Assembly (NCBI GenBank): GCA_036339735.1
Contig: JAYZAL010000045.1
Location: forward strand, 1-43,040
DNA length: 43,040 nt
From: Candidatus Poribacteria bacterium
GTDB lineage: Bacteria; Poribacteria; WGA-4E; UBA9662
Direction of reading: 5' to 3'
The position numbers were made by a program, and so were the translations under genes. Below the pieces are notes generated by a model that searched no databases, was not told the origin of the DNA, and saw only the letters and a program-made list of their open reading frames with translations. Positions 35,567-43,040 of this stretch are shown piece after piece (positions within the stretch are counted from its first letter, which is position 1; every line of letters starts with the position of its first letter).

Positions 35567-37960
35567 ATGTATCACGAAGCTCTTGAATACGAAAAGTTAA
35601 AGGAAATCCTTAAGCGTTATACGCTGTCGTCTTTGGGAAATCGTCGTGTCGATCAGTTGCAGCCTAGTTGTGATTTTGATGTCGTTCAATATCAACAATG
35701 TTTGTGTAGTGAGATCACGACATATCAAGAATTGGTTGGGGACTTTCCTTTGCGAGGCATTCGAGACATCTCCACGGTTTTGGATAGTGCATCTCGTAGA
35801 GGGGCAATCTTACATATCGATCAGTTACTCAGTGTTTCTGATTTTTTGAGTGTAGCGAAAAAAGTCAGGGTACAAACGAAAAAACTTGAAATCGAAGACT
35901 ATCCTATCCTCGTACAGTTGACAGAGGATTTTCCAGTTTTTCCTGAATTGTCGCGTAAAATCAATCGTTGCCTTACTCCTGAAGGTAAAGTACTGGACAG
36001 TGCTTCCCAAGATCTTCGTTCAATTCGGCGAAAACAGGTGGGACTGCACGAGAATATTCAGAATCAACTTGGCTCAATCCTTCGTTCTTCAAGTTATCAA
36101 AAATCCATTCAAGAAAATATAATTACAAGTCGAAATAACCGCTTTGTAATACCTGTAAAGCATGATCATAGGTCAGGCCTAAATGGAATAGTGCAAGGAC
36201 AGTCAGCCAGTGGAGCTACTGTTTTTTTGGAACCAATTGAGATCGTTGAAAAAAATAATCAGTTATTACAGTTATCTGATGCTGAACAAGAAGAAATTCG
36301 TCGAATTCTTAGGGACTTGAGCACTTCTGTTTATCAAAAGGTATTCGAGTTAAGGTTAGCCCAGGAAATTTTAGGTGAGATTGAATTTCAATCAGCAAAA
36401 GCCAAACTAAGTCGAAGGCTTAATTGTGTGCAGCCAATAATCAATACTTCTGGCTATCTAGAATTAACGGCCGCTAGGCACCCTCTATTAGAAATCAACT
36501 TGCATGAAAACCCGAGTGAAAGGTCTCCTCAGGAGATTGTGCCAACGAGTATACATCTGGGGGGTCAATTCAACACAATTTTGATTACTGGGCCCAACAC
36601 TGGTGGAAAAACAGTAGTTTTGAAGACTGTTGGTCTTTTATCGTTGATGGCTCAGTCTGGATTACATATCCCTGCTCAGAAAGGCAGTGAATTGCCAATA
36701 TTTGAGCATGTGTTCGCTGATATTGGTGATGAGCAAAGTATTGACCAAAATTTGAGCACATTTTCATCGCACATGACTAAGATTATTGCAATGCAGGAAA
36801 AAGCCAACCAAAATACGTTGGTCTTACTAGATGAAATTGGAGCGGGCACTGATCCTACAGAGGGAACAGCATTGGGAATTGCTATTATTGATCACTTCTC
36901 AAAAATTGGATCGAAAACGATACTTACAACGCATTATAATGCATTGAAGGCTTTTGCTCATGATCACCCAAACATGGTCAATGCCTCAATGGAGTTTGAT
37001 TTACAAACTTTAAATCCAACCTATCGATTACAAATGGGCGTGCCCGGTAGTAGCAATGCCATAAAAATTGCTGAGCGTCTCGGAATGAAAGTTGAAGTTC
37101 TCAGTGTAGCTAAGAACCAAATTGGGTCTCAACCAATAGCAGTAGAAGAACTACTTACTAGTATTCAGCAATCTCAACATCGTCTTGATCAACAATTGAA
37201 TCTAGTAGACCAAGAATTAATCAAGGCTAGTGCAAACAAGGAAAAGTATCAGAGAAAATTAGATGGTTTTGAGGCTGATTGCGATCTGTTGAAACGTAGA
37301 GCAGAGAGAGAATCGGCTGAGATTTTGAAGCAATCTCGAAAGCTAGTTGAGGAAACAATCGCTCAAATTCGACAGAAAGATGCATCGAGAGAAAGTGTTC
37401 GATCAGCTTTCGATTCTATAGAAAGAGCGCAAGAATTACTGAAACAGAAAGAAGTCTACAGAATAGAAAAGAAGAACGCGTCCCCTCCAGACTTTTCGGT
37501 TTCTGTGGGAGACAAGGTTCTGATCAAAGACTTGAATCAGTTTGGTGAAGTTATTTCTGTGTCGAAAAAAAGTAGAAAACCACTTTGTATCCAAGTTGGT
37601 CCAGTCAAAATGACATTATCCTACCAAGAAGTTTCTTTGCCATCTGAGGAAATAAAAAGTAGAGAATTAAGTTCTTCGGTCTTGACTCTCCAACACCGAA
37701 AGTCGTCTTCGGTTGAATCTGAACTGAATTTGATTGGACAGAAAGTTGCTCCTGCATTAAATGTTTTGGATAAATACTTGGATGATGCCTATCTAGCGGG
37801 TCTTTTAGAAGTTCGCTTGATTCATGGGAAAGGAACTGGATCATTAGGAGCCGCTGTTCATGAATACTTAAGAAATCATTGGTTAGTTACTAATTTTGCA
37901 TTTGCCGAAGCGAGTTTAGGTGGGACAGGGGCAACAGTCGTTGCCATAAAAGGAACTTGA
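35567..37960 (+). CDS. mutS2: Endonuclease MutS2 (ATPase, coiled coil, KOW, Smr)
   Basis: SASGATVFLEP, ARHPLL, ITGPNTGGKT, DIGDEQSI.QNLSTFSSH, LDEIGAGTDP.EG and Smr motif IHGKGTG. Confidence 0.97.
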   Translation: MYHEALEYEKLKEILKRYTLSSLGNRRVDQLQPSCDFDVVQYQQCLCSEITTYQELVGDFPLRGIRDISTVLDSASRRGAILHIDQLLSVSDFLSVAKKVRVQTKKLEIEDYPILVQLTEDFPVFPELSRKINRCLTPEGKVLDSASQDLRSIRRKQVGLHENIQNQLGSILRSSSYQKSIQENIITSRNNRFVIPVKHDHRSGLNGIVQGQSASGATVFLEPIEIVEKNNQLLQLSDAEQEEIRRILRDLSTSVYQKVFELRLAQEILGEIEFQSAKAKLSRRLNCVQPIINTSGYLELTAARHPLLEINLHENPSERSPQEIVPTSIHLGGQFNTILITGPNTGGKTVVLKTVGLLSLMAQSGLHIPAQKGSELPIFEHVFADIGDEQSIDQNLSTFSSHMTKIIAMQEKANQNTLVLLDEIGAGTDPTEGTALGIAIIDHFSKIGSKTILTTHYNALKAFAHDHPNMVNASMEFDLQTLNPTYRLQMGVPGSSNAIKIAERLGMKVEVLSVAKNQIGSQPIAVEELLTSIQQSQHRLDQQLNLVDQELIKASANKEKYQRKLDGFEADCDLLKRRAERESAEILKQSRKLVEETIAQIRQKDASRESVRSAFDSIERAQELLKQKEVYRIEKKNASPPDFSVSVGDKVLIKDLNQFGEVISVSKKSRKPLCIQVGPVKMTLSYQEVSLPSEEIKSRELSSSVLTLQHRKSSSVESELNLIGQKVAPALNVLDKYLDDAYLAGLLEVRLIHGKGTGSLGAAVHEYLRNHWLVTNFAFAEASLGGTGATVVAIKGT

Positions 37961-37984
37961 TTTTTACATAGTTATTTTGAGTCA

Positions 37985-39751
37985 ATGAATCAACCGTTAC
38001 GTATTCCCGAAGAACTAGTTGTACAAATTAGAGAGCAGAATGATGTCGTCGAAGTTATCAGTGAACTTGGAGTGCATCTTAGGGCCGCAGGACAAGATTT
38101 CAAGGGGCTCTGCCCCTTCCATAATGAAAAAACTCCTTCTTTTACCGTTTCCCGTAACCGTCAAATGTTTTATTGCTTTGGTTGCCAAGAGGGTGGAAAT
38201 GTTATTACTTTTATTCGAAAATTAGAGGGGAAGACTTTTCTAGAAACCTTGGAGTTTTTGGCTGAGAGGGTTGGTATCGTATTACCTTCGGTTGATGAAG
38301 AAACAGAACATGCCCAAAGGGAAAAGCGACAACTGCATAACCTAAATCAGTTGGCAATTGATTTCTTTCGTCAAAACTTGACTGAACCACGTATCGGTGG
38401 CCATGCTATGTCTTACCTGAAAAAAAGGGGAATATCAGAAAATACAATCAAAGAATTTCAACTTGGTTTTGTACCTTCAGGATTTCGTCAACTAACTCAA
38501 CATGCTTTCCGAAAAGGTTTTTCGCAAAAGCAACTAGTCGAAGCTGGTTTGGTCAAAGAGGATTATCGAGGTATTACCGATCGGTTTCGAAATCGGATTA
38601 TTTTCCCGATTCTAGATGAACGGAATCGACCGGTTGCTTTTGGAGGTCGAGGAATCATTGAAGAAGTACGTCCGAAATACCTTAATTCAGCTAATACTAC
38701 TATCTATGACAAAAGTACGATTTTGTATAACTTGCAAAATGCCAGAAAGTCAATTCACCTTACAGGTAAAGTTCTTCTGGTAGAAGGTTATTTTGATGTT
38801 ATCACACTTCATGAGGCAGGTTTAACTAATGTCGTAGCATCCCTTGGTACATCCTTTAGTCAAAAACATGCCCTTTTGTTAAAACGTTTTACTAAAGAAG
38901 TACTGATTATCTATGACGGAGATAGTGCTGGGGTGAGAGCAGCCACCCGAGGTTTAAATACACTAGTAAAGGAAGGGCTACAAGTCAAAGTAGCTTTGCT
39001 TCCAAATGGTGAAGATCCGGACAGCTTGGTGCGGAATGGTGGTTATGAGGCTATCAAAACCTATCTCGATCGAAGTCTTAACTTGATTGAATTTCAGATA
39101 CAACGAGCTGTCGAGCAGGGGGCAATTCAAAAAATAGAAGTAAAATCTAAAGCAGTTCAAGATATTGCAGCAACCTTGGCTAGCTTGGACAGTCCTTTGG
39201 AACTAAATGCATATGTAGATCAAGTCAGTCGAGAGCTAGAGTTGGAATCAGCTATTGTTTTCCAAGAATTAGAAAGGCTAGGTGTAAAGTCGTCTGCTCA
39301 AAAAAGATCAGGAAGCCGACAACCGACAACTGTTACAAGTAAAATGTCTGCTCGTGAATCTATTGAGCGGCAATTTTTGGAGTCGTTAATTTTGGCTCCT
39401 AATTTAATATCTAAAGCAAAGGAACTATTTAACGTCCAAGATTTACAAAATCCAACTTATGCTAAACTAGGGGAAATTTTGTATACTTCAACTTCCTTAG
39501 ACGTTAGTGAAATGATAGAAAATTGTGATCCCAAAAGTAGAAGCTTGATTTCACAAGTCTTATTAAACAACCAAAAGCCACCTAATGTGGAAGCCAGAAT
39601 AATGGGTTGTATAAAACGGTTAAATCAATTTATGTTATTGGATTTAGAGAAACAAGTACGTTCTAATGCGTTGGGACAAGGGAAGGATAATACCGATATT
39701 TTAGAAGAGTTAGTACAACTATCCAACCGTCGTCGTGCCGTGAGCAAGTAA
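37985..39751 (+). CDS. dnaG: DNA primase
   Basis: Zn finger CPFHNEKTPSF...CFGC, DRFRNRIIFPI, PKYLNS, TOPRIM EGYFDV, YDGD.AG and DPD. Confidence 0.98.
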   Translation: MNQPLRIPEELVVQIREQNDVVEVISELGVHLRAAGQDFKGLCPFHNEKTPSFTVSRNRQMFYCFGCQEGGNVITFIRKLEGKTFLETLEFLAERVGIVLPSVDEETEHAQREKRQLHNLNQLAIDFFRQNLTEPRIGGHAMSYLKKRGISENTIKEFQLGFVPSGFRQLTQHAFRKGFSQKQLVEAGLVKEDYRGITDRFRNRIIFPILDERNRPVAFGGRGIIEEVRPKYLNSANTTIYDKSTILYNLQNARKSIHLTGKVLLVEGYFDVITLHEAGLTNVVASLGTSFSQKHALLLKRFTKEVLIIYDGDSAGVRAATRGLNTLVKEGLQVKVALLPNGEDPDSLVRNGGYEAIKTYLDRSLNLIEFQIQRAVEQGAIQKIEVKSKAVQDIAATLASLDSPLELNAYVDQVSRELELESAIVFQELERLGVKSSAQKRSGSRQPTTVTSKMSARESIERQFLESLILAPNLISKAKELFNVQDLQNPTYAKLGEILYTSTSLDVSEMIENCDPKSRSLISQVLLNNQKPPNVEARIMGCIKRLNQFMLLDLEKQVRSNALGQGKDNTDILEELVQLSNRRRAVSK

Positions 39752-39857
39752 ACATAGATCATAGGTTAGCAGAAATGTTTCATAGTTTAAAAATAAATTT
39801 AACGATGAACTCGTAACATAATATGGGGGACAATTAAATGATGTTTTTGGCAATCGG

Positions 39858-41624
39858 GTGTTACAAACGGGTATGAGCCACCGCATCATCCAACGTGAGG
39901 GGCAGTCAGAGTTAGCTAGCCCTGCCGATTTTACAGAGGTTCCGAATCAGAATGGAAGTTCTGGTACTGAATCAGACATGGTCGATGTCGGAATTTATCA
40001 AATTGGGCTAGAGGAACTCAATTTGACAAGCAATACAGATTTAGGAGTAGTTCGAAACATTGATGACAGGGGGTATGTAGATATGGGGTTAAGCAATATC
40101 CAGTATACAGAAGTCAAGGTCGATGAAAACTCCGACGGTGTAGGAGTGGAGTTAGTCGTAGATGAAACAGAAAGAAGCGATGATCCAGTCAAAGTTTACC
40201 TCAGAGAAATGGGTAAAGTACCGCTACTATCAAAAGATGATGAAGTTAAGCTTTCCAAGAAGATGCAAAGTGGATTTTGGATGGTTCAGCGAGTTCTTTT
40301 TGAGATTCCTTTTGTGTTGGCGGAATTTCGGCAGATGTTGGATCATGTGCTAGTGGGCAAACGAAAACCTTGGGAAATATTTGAAATTAGGGGGTTTGAC
40401 CATCTTAATTCAGATAAGGAGGCCGTCTACTTAGAAAAGACTAAAACTATACTGGCTGATATACAGAGACATGAACTGGTGATTAGAGATTTAGAATGTC
40501 AATTAGCTAAAAAATCCGAAAACGTAGAAACTATTAAAGAAAAACTGGCTCTTGTATATGAAGACGTTTTTTCTACACTTAAGCAAGTGAAGATCGATAC
40601 AAACGAAATCAAGCAGATGTGCTCGAAGATTCGGCAGATTTTTCAGCGTATGGATTCTTACCAAAAGACAGTCCAGCACTTTGAAGCTAAGTTAGGATTA
40701 GATAGCAAACGGTTACTATCGGCAGTACAGAATTCAGAGGCACTAAACGGTTACTCTTTAGAGGAATTAACAGAAGCTAATACTAAGTTGGTTCAAGCAC
40801 AAAGGTCAGTGTTGAAATTGACGCGAACAACAGACCGAACAATCGACCAAATGCGTCACATTATAGAACGCATTAAGATGGGAGAAGATGTTGCTCGAGA
40901 AGCTAAGATGGAGATTGTTGAATCCAATTTAAGGTTAGTTGTTAGCATCGCCAAAAAGTATAGAAATCGTACCAGCGGACTTGTTTTTTTGGATCTGATC
41001 CAAGAGGGCAATATTGGTTTAATGAAAGCCGTTGATAAATTTGATTATGAACGAGGTTATAAGTTCAGTACTTATGCAACTTGGTGGATTCGGCAAGGTA
41101 TTACACGTGCCATTGCTGACCAAGGCCGAACCATTCGCATTCCTGTTCATATGATTGAAACTATCAATAAACTGATTCGAACCTCACGAGAAGTCGTACA
41201 GGATGTAGGTCGTGAGCCTACACCAGAAGAAATTGCCAGTCAGATGGATATTTCAGTCGATAAAGTTAGGCAAGTTTTAGCAGTGGCCCAAGAGCCAATC
41301 TCTTTAGAAACACCTATTGGAGATGAAGAAGATAGCTATTTAGGTGATTTTATTGAGGATAAGAAGACCAAGTCCCCAGTAGCTGAAACAGACATTATAC
41401 TGTTGAAGGAACGAGTGGAAGATTTACTCGAAACACTGACAGATAGGGAAAAAAAGGTAATTGAACTGAGATTTGGTATTGGGGATGGTTGCCCAAGAAC
41501 TCTGGAAGAGGTTGGTACCGAGTTTGATGTAACCCGAGAACGAATCCGCCAAATCGAAGCCAAAGCATTACGCAAATTAAGACACCCAATACGAAGTCAA
41601 CATTTGCGAGGATTTATAGAGTAA
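39858..41624 (+). CDS. rpoD: RNA polymerase primary sigma factor (sigma70)
   Basis: [50 protein letters not shown] and [17 protein letters not shown]. Start uncertain (GTG 39858 or ATG 39873). Confidence 0.97.
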   Translation: MLQTGMSHRIIQREGQSELASPADFTEVPNQNGSSGTESDMVDVGIYQIGLEELNLTSNTDLGVVRNIDDRGYVDMGLSNIQYTEVKVDENSDGVGVELVVDETERSDDPVKVYLREMGKVPLLSKDDEVKLSKKMQSGFWMVQRVLFEIPFVLAEFRQMLDHVLVGKRKPWEIFEIRGFDHLNSDKEAVYLEKTKTILADIQRHELVIRDLECQLAKKSENVETIKEKLALVYEDVFSTLKQVKIDTNEIKQMCSKIRQIFQRMDSYQKTVQHFEAKLGLDSKRLLSAVQNSEALNGYSLEELTEANTKLVQAQRSVLKLTRTTDRTIDQMRHIIERIKMGEDVAREAKMEIVESNLRLVVSIAKKYRNRTSGLVFLDLIQEGNIGLMKAVDKFDYERGYKFSTYATWWIRQGITRAIADQGRTIRIPVHMIETINKLIRTSREVVQDVGREPTPEEIASQMDISVDKVRQVLAVAQEPISLETPIGDEEDSYLGDFIEDKKTKSPVAETDIILLKERVEDLLETLTDREKKVIELRFGIGDGCPRTLEEVGTEFDVTRERIRQIEAKALRKLRHPIRSQHLRGFIE

Positions 41625-41710
41625 ATTCATGATTACTCTTTTGTAGCTCAGTATTTTCTATGGTGCTCTCAATCTTGTTTTGAGATCCTGATTTTCGTTG
41701 AGGTTTCTGT

Positions 41711-41739
41711 TTGCTAAACTGTCTTTATTGGGTTATAAT
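41711..41739 (+). promoter_or_regulatory. Promoter of the tRNA pair
   Basis: TTGCTA-N17-TATAAT, about 45 nt upstream of the first tRNA. Confidence 0.7.
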
Positions 41740-41782
41740 TTTGCCGTCGGGGAACTTACTGAGAATGATTCGTCTTTCGTTT

Positions 41783-41855
41783 GGGCCCATAGCTCAGTGG
41801 TTAGAGCAATCGGCTCATAACCGATTGGTCCTAGGTTCGAATCCTAGTGGGCCCA
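41783..41855 (+). tRNA. tRNA with CAT anticodon, probably tRNA-Ile2 (lysidine)
   Basis: GGGCCCATAGCTCAGTGGTTAGAGC, arm ATCGG-CTCATAA-CCGAT, GGTTCGAATCC. No initiator features; location downstream of rpoD matches E. coli ileX. Confidence 0.9.
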
Positions 41856-41863
41856 TGTTCTTT

Positions 41864-41935
41864 GGGGCGTTAGCTCAGGGGTAGAGCGCTACCTTCACAC
41901 GGTAGAAGTCACCGGTTCAAATCCAGTACGCCCCA
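41864..41935 (+). tRNA. tRNA-Val(CAC)
   Basis: GGGGCGTTAGCTCAGGGGTAGAGC, arm CTACC-TTCACAC-GGTAG, GGTTCAAATCC; one C-A mismatch in the T stem. Confidence 0.93.
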
Positions 41936-42043
41936 TGTTTAGTTATGAAAATATCAATCATGTTTAAAAGCAACTAACTGCTTTTTCAGCCATAACACGG
42001 CGTTACCAAATATTTATTATTAACGAAGGAAATCCGAATTCCA

Positions 42044-42961
42044 TTGGACCGCCTAAACCTCGAAACACCTTTAGCTGAATCAGCAGAAAATCAGTCTGAA
42101 TCTGACGAAGTTACTGTTAACATTCATTCCTTTTTTCTTTTGCCCTTCCTCATACTGGTTGGCATCGGTATTCTGTTTGGTGTCTATATTTTAGGGATTA
42201 CGCTGCTGACCCAAGAGAGCCGAGATGTATATGACTTGTTGGAAACGATTAAGTCTGGACGAAATCACGATCGTTGGCGCTCTGCATTTGAGTTATCTTC
42301 GGTTTTAACAATGGATCCCAGGATTGGTTTAGATAGTCAATTTGTCAATAAAATGGCTAATTTGTTTCAGGACCCAATTGTACGTCAAATGACTACCCAA
42401 AATGGTGTTAGCCTAAAATCATACCTAGCACAAGCAATGGGAGTTACTGGGAATCCTGCTTTTACACCCCTCTTGTTAGGTGCTATAGAGCCCAATCAAT
42501 CTGATACAGTTTTTGTCGTTTCTGCAATAGGTATGATTGGTGACTCAACCGCAGTTGAAGGGATTTTGCCTCTGCTTCAAGACCCGTCGGATACCATCCG
42601 TCTAGCCTCAGTTATTGCGCTTGGGAAAATTGGTAATGTCACAGCTATCCCTGCATTACAAGAAGCACTCAAAGATGAAGAACCTAATGTGAGGTGGGAC
42701 GCAGCGGTTGCTCTAACCAAACTTAATAGTACTTCAGGAAAAGCTATCCTGCTAGACCTGTTACGGCCAGATTATCTAGCTGAATTCGAGTCGGTTGACA
42801 TCAATGAGCGAAATCGAATCCTCGCAGTTGCAGTCCGTTCTGCTGGAATTCTAAACGATTCGGAGCTTAATGAAGCCATTGACCACTTAATAGCTGACAA
42901 AAATAATGTAAACATAGAGGTATTAAAAACAGCCTTAGAGGTAAGAGATGAGCGACGATAA
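42044..42961 (+). CDS. Membrane-anchored HEAT-repeat protein
   Basis: One TM near the N-terminus; HEAT/PBS-lyase-like repeats (LQDPSDTIRLASVIALGKIG, LKDEEPNVRWDAAVAL). Confidence 0.85.
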   Translation: MDRLNLETPLAESAENQSESDEVTVNIHSFFLLPFLILVGIGILFGVYILGITLLTQESRDVYDLLETIKSGRNHDRWRSAFELSSVLTMDPRIGLDSQFVNKMANLFQDPIVRQMTTQNGVSLKSYLAQAMGVTGNPAFTPLLLGAIEPNQSDTVFVVSAIGMIGDSTAVEGILPLLQDPSDTIRLASVIALGKIGNVTAIPALQEALKDEEPNVRWDAAVALTKLNSTSGKAILLDLLRPDYLAEFESVDINERNRILAVAVRSAGILNDSELNEAIDHLIADKNNVNIEVLKTALEVRDERR

Positions 42962-43040
42962 TAATATTGAAGAGATGTCCCCAGCTCGACGAAAGATGCT
43001 AGCCAAGCTAGGTAAGTTGCCTGCAGCTGAAGCCTCGGAA
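42948..43040 (+). CDS. Start of next gene (partial, unidentified)
   Basis: SD GAGGT then ATG overlapping the end of the HEAT gene; open to the window edge: MSDDNNIEEMSPARRKMLAKLGKLPAAEASE. Confidence 0.55.
   Translation, partial: MSDDNNIEEMSPARRKMLAKLGKLPAAEASE

Noticed and set aside
41640-41700. GTAGCTCAG tRNA-like start and CTCAA/TTGAG hairpin after rpoD as a tRNA remnant or att site
   Set aside because: No acceptor stem or T-loop and no integrase nearby; more likely a weak terminator region.
41864-41935. C-A mismatch in the tRNA-Val(CAC) T stem as a sign of pseudogenisation
   Set aside because: A single mismatch with all other conserved positions intact is within normal variation.

Overview
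Bacterial chromosomal window, most likely Candidatus Poribacteria. This is an inference from the NYPNPF-x-x-ETWIPF...KMV-x-[IL]-[KR] C-terminal domains on cohesin/dockerin proteins and a PhyH relic. Left to right: (i) a minus-strand translation cluster of 5 tRNAs, secE, nusG, rplK, rplA, an L10 leader and partial rplJ, with no tuf or rpmG; (ii) an animal-type transketolase, threonine aldolase and two small unknowns; (iii) a heme A/O operon (ctaA, ctaB, DUF420, Cld/ChdC-family), then a decayed PhyH pseudogene and a GldF/GldG-like ABC pair with no ATPase; (iv) a Rid-family gene, fabV and a CxxCH membrane protein; (v) a 17 kb divergent block of three secreted multidomain proteins (about 1790, 759 and 3058 aa) with propellers, Ig repeats, cohesins, dockerins and FlgD/T9SS-like C-terminal domains; (vi) a consensus promoter, an unrecognised four-way-junction RNA with a terminator-like hairpin, then TPR gene, mutS2, dnaG, rpoD, two tRNAs and a HEAT-repeat gene. 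The best novelty candidates are the non-cellulolytic cohesin-dockerin surface system (including a repeat nested inside other domains), the cloverleaf leader RNA and a domain inserted into heme A synthase. No CRISPR, rRNA, integrase or transposase was seen. All calls were made by eye with no database searches.
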